Assembly: GCF_037042905.1 (NCBI RefSeq)
Contig: NC_087245.1
Location: 38,690,001-38,754,000, forward strand
Length of the DNA: 64,000 nucleotides
Source: Lytechinus pictus
Lineage: Eukaryota
Direction: 5' to 3'
Under the pieces are notes generated by a model. That model worked only from the letters and a program-made list of their open reading frames with translations. It did not search any database and was not told where the DNA came from. Below, piece by piece: positions 27,201 to 36,899 of the stretch (the stretch's first letter is position 1; every line of letters begins with the position of its first letter). Made by a program: the position numbers and the translations under genes.

Positions 27201-30200
27201 ATCGAATCCCCTAAAATGACCAGCGAAGTCTTTATAGGCTAAAAATATATATTAATCAGGGACTCAGTTTAATAATTATGAGGGGAGCAATAAAAAGCTC
27301 TCCTAGAACTTTTAAGGAGAGCGGTAGAGGAGCACTGCAAAAAGCTCTTCTTCAACATACAAGAGGAGCGTTTTGTCCAATTAACAAAACGGATGGAGGA
27401 AGTATATGTACTAAGTTACAATCAACAACCAAAGGAAGGAAATAATCGATTATGCAATATTTATGCTGTACCTCATTGAACATTACCTTATTGTTATTCT
27501 TGAAATATAATTGTTTTACAATGTATTGTAATGAGATTGTGTGTTATAAAACCTGTTTGAGTGAGGTTTTGACTTTGGCTAAAAGTTAAGTCACTGACAA
27601 TTTTTTTTTTTCGGGGGCTCCATTTTAAATTTTTGTCAAATTTCGGGGGCTACTTTTTGCATTTTGGGGGCTATTTTCAAATGCTCTTTTTGTATTTTGA
27701 GGAATACCTGTTCACTTATTAATGAATTATATTACTTTTTGTTTGATATTGTATGATTTTTAAAGTTATTTTTTCATGCTTAGAATCTTGGATGTGGGTG
27801 TGTGTGTGTGTGCGTGTGTGTGTGACTGTGAGTTGGACTTGGATATAAATGAATTCAATATCTAATTTCTACTCCGTCTATTCCAGTACAATACCCTGTA
27901 CTCGGCCATGTACATGTAATAAAGGCCCACATAACCTCGTTCGTAGGATGAGTGACATACCCTAACTTTTCCTGAAGTTCTTTGAAAACGCAGATCTCCA
28001 TGAAAATTGCATTTCTCTCTGGGGGAGTCTAAATTCGGTGAGAATGTATTCATTAAGAACTTAAATATACATGACAATGAAGAAATCATCAAACTTTATT
28101 GGCAGTTTTGTCTGAAACAGAAAATCACCATCATTGAGGCCTTTACTGAGCGAATTGTCCCCCAGAGCTCTGGCAGAGAGACAGAGCTCCGACTGGCTGG
28201 CTAGAACAAACGCCAATGCGTGTGCGAGCCTGCCGCCGGCCTTGTAAAATAGATGGAGCTTTGTTTGATGATTTATTGTCTGATATTTGCCTCATCCCCT
28301 AGAAAAAGAAAACAAATGATTTTTTAGTTATAATTGATAAATAAGGTAACTTATTCTAGATGTAATAGGCCGTTTTGAAAAGCAAAGCCGAATGACAACT
28401 CACCAATGCTAGGTTACTAGACTCTGGTATTTATTTCCTCTTTTATCACAGAATTGTGATATCTGTAGGGGGAAACATGTGCATTCGAAATTGCACATGG
28501 TGGTAGTCATAATGGACCCCTTTACATGCAACTGTTTCCCGACCGTTGCGTTGATTTTTTTTTCCATACCTGGTACCATGTGTATGGAAATACGTGGTAC
28601 AGAAAAAAAGACGCAAAATTTGAAACTGCCCTCCTCGCTATTTTCAAGGCTTGTTCATGATTTTGAGTGTGGATTTTGGATGATTTTTAAATGGTAAGCG
28701 GAGCTCGAGCATATGGCGCTAGTGGGCCGTTGAGTTGTTATCACTCGGCAGTAATTCCGGGGGCGACATTCAGATTTCCGCGCAGCTCAGCGATCGCGAG
28801 GCGCGCTATTAATCGCGCTACCTAAAATGGATTAAGGCGCGCATGTAGCGCACGATCGCTCTCGCGCGCCTTAAAATCGAGTCCCTGATTAATGTCATAT
28901 GATTATGGTAGAAAATTTTCTAACTACTGAGCATTAAGTGAAATGAGCATACAAAGTATTCTCTACGGTGGACAGGTGGTTTTCTGAGCAAAAGTAATAC
29001 CCATGCCCACGTGTGTTTATCTGTGTTGGTGATTTTCAGAGTAGTGACTTCATGCTAGACTCAAATATTTCACAGCAATTGATTAGGCCTATAATATAAA
29101 CTGCAAGAAATTGATAGATCAATATATATATATTTTCCTCAATATCTTTGATGGGATGGTAACATTTAGTCATAATTTTTAAGCCTTTCTCCCCAAATTA
29201 TTGCCTGCTGCAATTAGTTTAGCTTAGCTTGAACATAAATGGAAATCTCTGCTTGTCAATCCAAGTTGTAAGACAACAGAAATATTTTGTAAAATCAATA
29301 AATTAATATTTTAAACATTATTTTACTTGGGTAAATGAACTTTCCATGATAAAGCAGAATCCATATTGCCTCCATGCAGATCTTTATCTGTTACATCACA
29401 TTCTGGGCAAAAGCTTATGCCTAAAATCAGGATTACTTATGTTTTAAACAGAATAATAAACATGAATCCTATTAACGAGTCTGTGAAAAAAAACATAAAT
29501 CAGCAAGGATTTTTTGTTACAGACTAATTTCTAAAGAAACTGTCAGATTTTCGAAGAATAAAAGTAGTAACATACTGGTTTCTTTGCTTTTTCGTCAAAC
29601 TTTTGCAGAATCTTGATAAGATAAGGGACTGGCTCTTGAGGGGTGTTCTTTATCAGCCTCGCCATCAGATCCTGCAAAGAAATAACAGATGTAGAGGTTG
29701 TGCCACGCATATTACATAATAAACACATATCTACTCTAACTATTCATTCTTAACTGTCTAACCTTATATAAAAGGATCTCGGAAGATTCCATTGACTTGT
29801 AGGCTTCTCCGTTGCAGAGCACTCTGGTATAGAAGTCCAGGCTTTGGGCTGACAGCAGGACAGGACAGCTGACAGCTTTGGGCTTGCCAACAGGAAATGT
29901 GCGTCCAGCGACTGACTCGTCTAGGTTGATTCAGCTTTCAGATCCCATATACAACTTACAACCTATGTCCTACAACACTCCTATATACCTAACTGCTATA
30001 TCTCGACTTATACCTCGGCCACATTTACTCTACGGCGGCCGTACAGCGAGTCGAAAACAGCCGTTTTAACTTATTTTGTACATGCGATACCAGCGATACA
30101 TAGGTCACCTATTCAAAAATGAATAAAACTGTTGTTTTCGACTCGCCTTACGGCCGACATAGAGCAAATGTAACCGAGGTATAAGCCTCAGTGCACAGAG

Positions 30201-32462
30201 CAAGACACAATGGACCCCAAATATGAATGAGGTTTACTTGCCCAATGTAGAGGAGCTCTAGTGAACAGGGGCCCGTTTCTCAACACCGTCATAAGTCTAA
30301 CTTCTTGACTAAATCGGAGATAGTGAGCTACTTGTCCGCTAACCGTTTCACGAAGCCCTCTTTACCAAGATCGGGTACAACAACCTCACTAAATATTTAT
30401 GACACCTCCGAACCTGTCTTAACTTCTTTCTTAATGACGTAGTGGCATTACGTGGGTAGACTATGACATGCGAAAGTGCCTAGAAATTTTAAAATTATAA
30501 TCTTACGTAATCAATCATAGTGGTTGAAATTACATCACAAAACAAGTGGGTTAATGCATTCAATGATAATTGTAATACAAAGAAACTATAAAAACTGTTG
30601 GTAAACGCCACAAAACCTTTCATTTTGAAATAGTAAAATGATTTAATCGATAAAGATTCTACCACGTCAGGCCATCCATAACTGAACTCGTATTTGTTGT
30701 TTTCAGACCCTTAACAGTTGGATGAATTCTATCTCTAATTAATGCATATAATTTGTCCAATATCGTATCTTTCGGGTATCAATGATTAAAAAGGTTTCAT
30801 TAAACTAAATTTTGATGACGTTTGGAATCGTAAAAGTCCGTATAATTATCATCATTTTACAAAGAAACCCGTTTTGGTTTACTTTCGTAAACAATTAAAA
30901 TTGGGTCTCGCGGGGGTACCCATCTCAACGTCCACAAGTGATTTTTTAGTCATGAAATGAATTATTCATAATTTAATTTTCTCTGCAATTGAATGCTCCA
31001 GTCTTCATGGTCTAAGTATGTATTCTGCATAATTCACCTGTGCTATTATTTTGAAAAGATTTATTTCCCAATTCATCATGATATTTGCAATTTTGTCATA
31101 ATTTTTCTTTTTGAAAATTATGCTATTTTGTGACTAAGGCTACGTCTCGTCTGTTCTTTTTACCGATAGTATCGATATCAAGGTATTCTAGTTAGGAAGC
31201 CTTTCGAGAAACAGGTTTAGTAAGATTGGAACTAACTCTGTGGTTGGTGGATAAAGATATGACTAACTTGTCCATGTGTTGAGAAACGGGCCCCAGGAGA
31301 TACAATAGAAAGGAATGCACTCTGGATAATATGCCCAGGCATACACAGTCTACAGAGTAGAGGTGTTCACATATACATGTATACAGTAGAGGCCACAAGT
31401 TTACATACACCCATGGAATTCAGTGAAATTTGTTCACTTGCCAAACATCGTAAATTTACTATATCTTCAGAAATATAAATACTACTATGACGAATTTTGT
31501 ATCAAATGAAAGAGCGTATTAAGCTCTTCCACAGGATTGGGATGAAGTTGGGATTAAAGTATATTTCAGGTGGGATTTCTTTTGTGCCAAATGTATTCCA
31601 CTGTTTATTATATTTTCAAACATCATTACACAGAAATATTTAAATGTCAAATCTATGAATATGATTCAGATCATATATTTCTATCATATGTCACCACTGA
31701 ACAAAAATATTACCTTTATTACTTTATTACCGGATCTACTGGAAAAATGCAATTACTTATGCAGTCGTGTTTCCATATGTGTGAGGCTCTAAATCACCAA
31801 TTTTGAGACTAATAGAATCATGTAAAAGAAGTGAAACTTTGTGTAAAGTAATATTAGTTTTTTTAATTGTTTTTAAATTAAAGATTGAAATGTTGCATGA
31901 ATTTAAGATTTCCCCCCCATAAAATCCCACCTTTGTCACTTGGAGTATCAGAGCGAGTTTTGGGGCTCAATGTTCGGGTAGGTGGAGCGTAGTGCAGCGG
32001 TAGTGAAGTGGAGTGGAGCCTGCAGGAACCATTTATTCTGCACCAATCGTTAAATAAAATTGCAATCCTGAAATTTGGCTGAAACTGAAACTGTCTGACT
32101 GTGAAAGCAGATCACACTTTGTCTTTGTTTTGTGATTTAAATCACCTTTTTTGTTGAAACGGACTTCCCCTTTGATGTTGTTTGCACTTAAGTACATGTT
32201 TGTCTGGAACTGGGTTAACTTTTGCCTTTTGTTTTAGAGGGGAGCGGCGGGGGACTCTAATTTTGAAAATGGCACTTCTGCAAAGCCACACCAAATTAAA
32301 CAGGTGGGACCGCATTAAAAAGGACCAGAAGACGGCACACTTGTTTTCTTTCTAATATTCTCACACAGTCACAGCTTTCAAATATCTAGCTACACCTACC
32401 TCAAATAGTGAGCTAATCCTGTGCCTGTCCAGGTAATTTTGAACTCTTTGCTGACCTGCCAT
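6173..32462 (-). CDS. C8orf34: C8orf34-like protein (N-terminal RIIa/Dpy-30-like D/D domain), 16 coding exons, about 537 aa
   Basis: Manual join: 32462-32400, 29671-29576, 27147-26919, 25550-25485, 21567-21484, 15290-15132, 13144-13122, 11723-11563, 10858-10692, 10320-10262, 9829-9768, 9201-9060, 8563-8536, 7744-7696, 6963-6828, 6262-6173. All GT-AG, phases consistent, 1614 nt. Motifs recognised from vertebrate C8orf34: MAGQQRVQNYLDRHRISSLFEDLMARLIKNTPQEPVPYLI, RGYERPW, VLEDVSDLMDEG, VCSRCA, DFESASQVTGP, RSW. Confidence 0.88.
6828..6963 (-). CDS. C8orf34: C8orf34-like exon 15
   Basis: QASELFQSSSQ...SSYTSE. Confidence 0.82.
7172..7567. mobile_element. TTAA-flanked MITE (Kolobok-like)
   Basis: ttaaagcttaatgaaagtagttgcagtaa ... 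ttaccgcagctagcatttatatttaa. Confidence 0.6.
7696..7744 (-). CDS. C8orf34: C8orf34-like exon 14
   Basis: DDVHSVRPGTTRSMTH; tag|...|gtgagt. Confidence 0.75.
8536..8563 (-). CDS. C8orf34: C8orf34-like exon 13 (28 nt)
   Basis: cag|RPIAWEGTT|gtttgt; restores phase. Confidence 0.72.
9060..9201 (-). CDS. C8orf34: C8orf34-like exon 12
   Basis: VVGGGDG...SDFESASQVTGP. Confidence 0.88.
9768..9829 (-). CDS. C8orf34: C8orf34-like exon 11
   Basis: VRRRPPPAPQVKVGVCSRCA. Confidence 0.88.
10262..10320 (-). CDS. C8orf34: C8orf34-like exon 10
   Basis: EDVSDLMDEGMTNVKSTGQK. Confidence 0.85.
10692..10858 (-). CDS. C8orf34: C8orf34-like exon 9
   Basis: EQRRAKPDQKAKKHKEELAALV...EEATDVL. Confidence 0.87.
11563..11723 (-). 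CDS. C8orf34: C8orf34-like exon 8
   Basis: DPKTYQPPPPKPYQPPDQVEEAFLAEELS... Confidence 0.85.
12177..13062 (+). mobile_element. Non-autonomous Helentron-type (HINE/Pearl-like) element with internal tandem repeats of about 135 bp
   Basis: Subterminal inverted repeat gtctcacctgcat (about 12200) / atgcaggtgagac (about 13045), 3' short hairpin, gacgccgcc microsatellite, repeated tgacctttgacct...gtgacctgaaactc units. Confidence 0.7.
13122..13144 (-). CDS. C8orf34: C8orf34-like exon 7 (23-nt microexon)
   Basis: ttcttctag|CTTCACAGGCATGGGTAGATCAG|gtaagt; needed to convert phase 1 to phase 0. Confidence 0.78.
13314..13560. mobile_element. MITE
   Basis: caggggcagcacctagg ... ccttagtgccgcccct. Confidence 0.55.
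15132..15290 (-). CDS. C8orf34: C8orf34-like exon 6
   Basis: RKLRKSSSTGGEVEG...DVDQIFEMTQEKPPVRPKTLFSNP; phase 1-1. Confidence 0.82.
21484..21567 (-). CDS. C8orf34: C8orf34-like exon 5
   Basis: KFGVDRGYERPWIANMKKIKYEQAQLK; cag|...|gtgagt, phase 1-1. Confidence 0.85.
22141..22750. mobile_element. Kolobok-like MITE with TTAA TSD; same family at 37780-38322 and about 49585-50943
   Basis: ttaa|aggacaagtccacccc ... ggggtggacttgacct|ttaa, long imperfect inverted arms. Confidence 0.85.
23317..23473. repeat. Palindromic interspersed repeat
   Basis: aatgaatgtttatgagtgcaatggacagaatac ... gtattctgtccattgtactcataaacattcatt. Confidence 0.7.
25485..25550 (-). CDS. C8orf34: C8orf34-like exon 4
   Basis: APRGADRGHQRPWVSNTMKDK; tag|...|gtaagt, phase 1-1. 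Confidence 0.8.
26919..27147 (-). CDS. C8orf34: C8orf34-like exon 3 (alternative in-frame acceptor at 27153)
   Basis: ENPLAPKTK...GYAWQPG; donor A|gtaagt. Confidence 0.85.
27257..28887. mobile_element. Non-autonomous hAT-like element, 1.6 kb
   Basis: attaat|cagggactc ... gagtccctg|attaat (short TIR, 6-bp duplication). Confidence 0.75.
29576..29671 (-). CDS. C8orf34: C8orf34-like exon 2
   Basis: DLMARLIKNTPQEPVPYLIKILQKFDEKAKKP; cag|...|gtatgt. Confidence 0.92.
30008..30183. mobile_element. MITE / hairpin element
   Basis: ttatacctcggccacattt...gcgagtcgaaaacag ... tgttttcgactcgc...aaatgtaaccgaggtataa. Confidence 0.75.
30269..31293. mobile_element. PIF/Harbinger-like non-autonomous element with 3-bp CAG TSD
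   Basis: cag|gggcccgtttctcaacac ... gtgttgagaaacgggccc|cag. Confidence 0.85.
32400..32462 (-). CDS. C8orf34: C8orf34-like coding exon 1
   Basis: MAGQQRVQNYLDRHRISSLFE, donor GAG|gtaggt. Confidence 0.9.
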
Positions 32463-32499
32463 TCTGCAAAAAATAAAACTACACGATCTTCGACTTCGC

Positions 32500-32618
32500 A
32501 GAATCGGGACAGAAACTCAGCCCGCAGATGTCTTCAATTCAGATCAGCTAGCTAGTAGCGCGCGCAGCGCTAGCTCGCTCGCGCCGCGCCGCTGGGTATT
32601 ACCGGCGCCACCCGGCCC
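32500..32618 (-). promoter_or_regulatory. CpG-rich putative promoter/5'UTR of the C8orf34-like gene
   Basis: GC/CpG-rich patch immediately upstream of ATG 32462 in an AT-rich background. Confidence 0.5.
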
Positions 32619-32968
32619 GCGAAATTATTTTTCCCACCGAGTTCTGGACCAACATATGAATATTCATGACTTGCGTCTTCGGATTGAGAGTACGCATGCG
32701 CGTGGACTTGGCCTCGACCAGTGCCGATCGTAAGCATTCACGTTGCTCAGAATGAATTAGCATGGTCAAATTACCGGTACCCTTACATAGTTACATAGGT
32801 CTTGTAGGCTTAGATCTATATATATATATATATCCAATTCTTAAACACTTAATAAACTAGCTGCCATTAATGGCAAGACATGTGCTTGGTAGGGCTAGCT
32901 TAGGCTAGCGCATTAACTTTACCTCAAATCTGGACCTGTCTAATTAATGCCTAGTACTAATCAGTGTT

Positions 32969-33224
32969 ATAATTTCTGAAGGTTTCCATGGCGAAGAAGA
33001 ATAGTGTAGTAGGTTTCACGGTACACCATGTATCTTTCTTGGGCAGATGTTGGTCCTGAAAAGGACCACCCAATATCGACGTTTCGACAAGTGTGTTCTT
33101 GTCGTTTTCTCCTGAGGACGACAAGAACACACTTGTCGAAACGTCGAGATTGGGTGGTCCTTTTCAGGACCAACATCTGCCCAAGAAAGATACATGGTGT
33201 GCCGTGAAACCTACTACACTAATT
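32969..33224. mobile_element. Penelope-like retroelement pseudo-LTR remnant as an inverted pair (104-bp hairpin)
   Basis: 33002-33105 pairs with 33118-33221 with 2 mismatches. Contains the gtcgaaacgtcg/cgacgtttcgac hallmark and is flanked by duplicated agtgtt. Confidence 0.75.
33108..33149 (+). ncRNA. Minimal type I hammerhead ribozyme motif
   Basis: tctc-CTGAGGA-c-GACAAG-aacaca-CTTGTC-GAAA-cg-TC-gaga: both core boxes, 6-bp stem II, stem I tctc/gaga, palindromic ACGT stem III. Confidence 0.65.
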
Positions 33225-36200
33225 AGTGTTGTAGTGCCTTGATGCTCGGCCTCGGCCTTAAGGCGCCTTAATGCATAGCTACTTTTTCAAAGCCTTGGCC
33301 TCGAGAGGGCCTTGGCCTTGAGGATTTTGAGCCTTGAATTTTTTTTTTTAAAGGCATTTTCAAGGCATTTTCAAGGCATTTTGTATTTTGTACTTTCATT
33401 TGTTTTAATAAGTAATTATAAATGTTTCAATTGTTTTTTTATATATATATTTAATAACACTAATGGTCAATACTACCAATCACCAGTAACAGTAGCAGCA
33501 GCAGTAGTAAGTGTACTAGCAGTGTCATCAATTGTAATTGTCACCATTATCAAGAAATTCAAACAAAGAATACATCAGTTATGAAAAATAGCATTATGTA
33601 TTGGTAATGTGTTGTAATCATATGATGATAATGACAGTAAATAATAATGGTCATGATCAAGATAATAGTGCTTTGATGACAAGAATAATTTTTACATCTG
33701 ACTGCAATTTTGACAACAATTTTCATACTTTAAACATAGCTAAAAAAAAAAATAAAGAACGATAACAAGGTTGATTTCTATTCCATTAGGATTTTCCTTG
33801 TATTATTTTCTTTGGCCAACAAGAATGTTTTAAGTCTTAATGATATTCTGAACAGATTTGGTAAACTTGAACACAGTCTCCAATTGTGTCATATCCAAAT
33901 GGGTAATGTCAATGGCATGATGAGCCAGAAACTTTGAGGGGCCAAGCATGACATATATAGAGCAAAATTTCTGTCAAAAAAGAAGAAGAAAGCGATTGAA
34001 GCGAGCGAGTGAACAAAATTTGTCCCCCTCTTTCTATAAGAAAAGCTAATTTTGCAATAGATTGTTCAAAAAATAATATCACATTTACTCCATCGTTTCC
34101 TTTCCCTCCCCCCCCCCCCCTTGTCTAAGTTTATTCTTGGTGGTGGGACTTCTTCTTCTCTCTATCTCTCTTCTAAATTTTATATTTGTTTTGGGTCAGA
34201 TTGACAAAACAAAGGGGAAAAAATGTTTACTTCTTTTTAATCATATATCGTTCAACATTGAATCTCATTTCTCTACAGTTTCAAGGAAATAAACAACGTA
34301 TTTGTTTTTGTGTCAATATGGTTTCAAGAAATAATAATTAACAAAAAATAATTTAATAATTAATAATTATTAATATTATCAATAAGTATTAATAATTAAT
34401 GATTAATTAACTGTTTAATAAAAGTGGTTGTAAGCAGAAAAAAATATGAAAACTGACAAGAGTCCTAAAAATGACTCATTTTCAGTTTAAGCATTTGAAA
34501 ATTTTAGCTTGCGCTTTGTGCTCTCTTGCCCCCCCCAAAAAAAAATCCCTGTAGGATTTTTTTTTCCAAATGAAATATGCCCTTTTTAAAAAAGAAATAC
34601 CTTCTTTAATAATAAAACATAATACATTTTAAGGTTCGAAAATCGCAGATTTTGAATCGTGCTTGCATCAATTATTGTTTAGTACAGTACTGCTAATGGT
34701 TACAAAAATGTATAAAATGTTGCTTTATGGTTGAAATATCACAACTATTTGGCTCGCTTCCTGCACTCGCATCAATTATTGTACTCCTTCTCTTCCCGTT
34801 CACAAAAAATGCTTAGAATGTCCAGTTTTCAGGTTGGAATATCACAAATTTTTGAGCTCGCGCTTTGCGCTCGCATTATTTTTTATTGGTGAGTTATGTA
34901 TCTTATTTAAAATGCAGTAATTAACTGCTTAATTAACTGTTTCCTTTACTGGTCAGTATATAAAAAGAATTAGCGAGCGCAAAGTTATTTTTTAGTTAGA
35001 TACACATCCAAAACCAGCTCAGAATAAAATAATTTCCATGTCTTATTACACGACATGTCAACAAGTTTGAGCTGGTGATTCGCGCTGGCAACATCGCGCA
35101 AGGAAATTTCAACAATGATTAGCCCCATAATTGACCATAAATCAAGTTTTACAACATCAGAATTGATTTTTTTTTCAAAACCGCTTGCTCGCTATGCTTT
35201 CTCGCTGAGAAGTAAAACCTAAAGCATAATATCTATCTTATAATTAAAAATCATTTTAGAAGGCCTTTGCTCAACTTAATTTCTATAAAACACACAATTA
35301 CTTCACGCAGTTCATAATCTCATTTTGAAAATACATGTATCTGTTTGCACAAAAAAACTCACTTTGATAAATGGGTGCCTTTTTGGCGTTGACCCCCCCC
35401 CCCCCCATGATAATTTTCTGCTGCCCCTGTCCCAGGGAGGGCATGGAGAAAAACATACGTTGAGAATGCCAGGATCAGATGACCGTGGTAATAATAATTA
35501 TTGCAATGTAAATCGCCTATAGAAAAATTATGGATTATGTGTACACAGGTAACTATATCATTATTTTAATATGTCTCTATCATTAAATTGTTTTTGTTTT
35601 AAATGTACAAAGGTTAATTTTTTTCTCGCTCAGTCCCCTCGCTCACATACATTTTACCATGTGTGATGTCTGCCGCCTAAGTATTGTTAGTTCATTGTTC
35701 TGTATATCGTAAGTTTGAAATGCCTTGGCCTTGAGGTTTTCAGGCCTCGGCCTTGGCCTTTAGTATTGAAGCCTTGGCCTTGGAGGTTTGAGCCTTGACT
35801 ACAACACTGAATAGCCGACTAATGCCATGGTTAACTTCGAACTGGTTAATTCCGAACTTCACGTTTAATTAGGTTTAGACAAGCTTATTTGCCATGGTTT
35901 AATATGTCTAGTCCGTGTACAAAACCAGTCCTAGATCTAAATTTTTTTAATCTTAGTTCTAGTCTATAGTCTCTATATCTAGACTCTGATCTACGCTGTA
36001 TCAGCATGGAACCACTAGTGTACCAGGGGGGGGGGGGGAAGACTGTCCCTCTGACGAGTCACAACTGATTCAGGGGACGTGCCCCCTTTGAGAAGCCAAA
36101 TTAATAATTTGGAATGTAAAATTTTTTTTTTTTTTGCTTGTCAATTTTATTTTCAGCTAAGAAATCCATAATTTGGGGTGAATACCCTTTTTTTTGGGGG

Positions 36201-36899
36201 GGGGGGGGCTTGTCACATTTTTTCGCGGACGGAATATCCTCTAAAAAATTTGCCCCCCTTTTGGAAAATCCTAGGTACACCAGTGCGTGCATGGAACGTA
36301 TTCTAACGTCAGGCACAAATTAACGTCAGTGATCTTGATCCCCGTCTTCACCCAAAATTAAGGATTTCGTAGCTGAAAAAAATTTGAAAAGAAAAAACAA
36401 AGATCTTCACGTTCAAAAGAGGGGACATACGTCTTTTTTCGTTGCATTTTGACATTACAAATTATTAATTTGGCTTCTCAAGGGGGGGGCACGTCCCCTG
36501 GATCAGTTGTGACTCGTCAGGGGGGGCAGTCTGCCCCCCCCCCCTTTGGTACACTAGTGGTTCCATGCTGATAGCGCGTAGATCAGAGTCTAGATCTAGA
36601 GACTAGACCAGAACTAAGATATTTATTTTAGATCTAGGACTGGTTCTGTATACGGACTAGACATATTAAACCATGGTAAATAAGCTAATATTGGTCCAAA
36701 CCTAATCAAACGTAAAGTTCGGAATTAACAAGTTCGAAGTTAACCATGGCATTAGTCGGCTATTCCTATTAGTATTAGGCATTAGACAGGTCCAGATTTG
36801 AGGTAAATTTAATGCGCTAGCCTAAGCTAGCCCTACCCTAGCACATGTCTTGCCATTAATGGCAGCTAGTTTGATAAGTGTTTAAGAATTGGATGTATA

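Larger units (their letters stand above)
32962..35809. mobile_element. hAT-like non-autonomous element nested in the left arm
   Basis: Termini cagtgtt(gtagt)/actacaacactg, subterminal ggccttggcc/ggcctcggcc arrays at both ends. No clean 8-bp TSD, only aat on each side. Confidence 0.65.

Noticed and set aside
33002..33221. pre-miRNA
   Set aside because: The stem is too long and too perfect, and it carries Penelope pseudo-LTR hallmarks.
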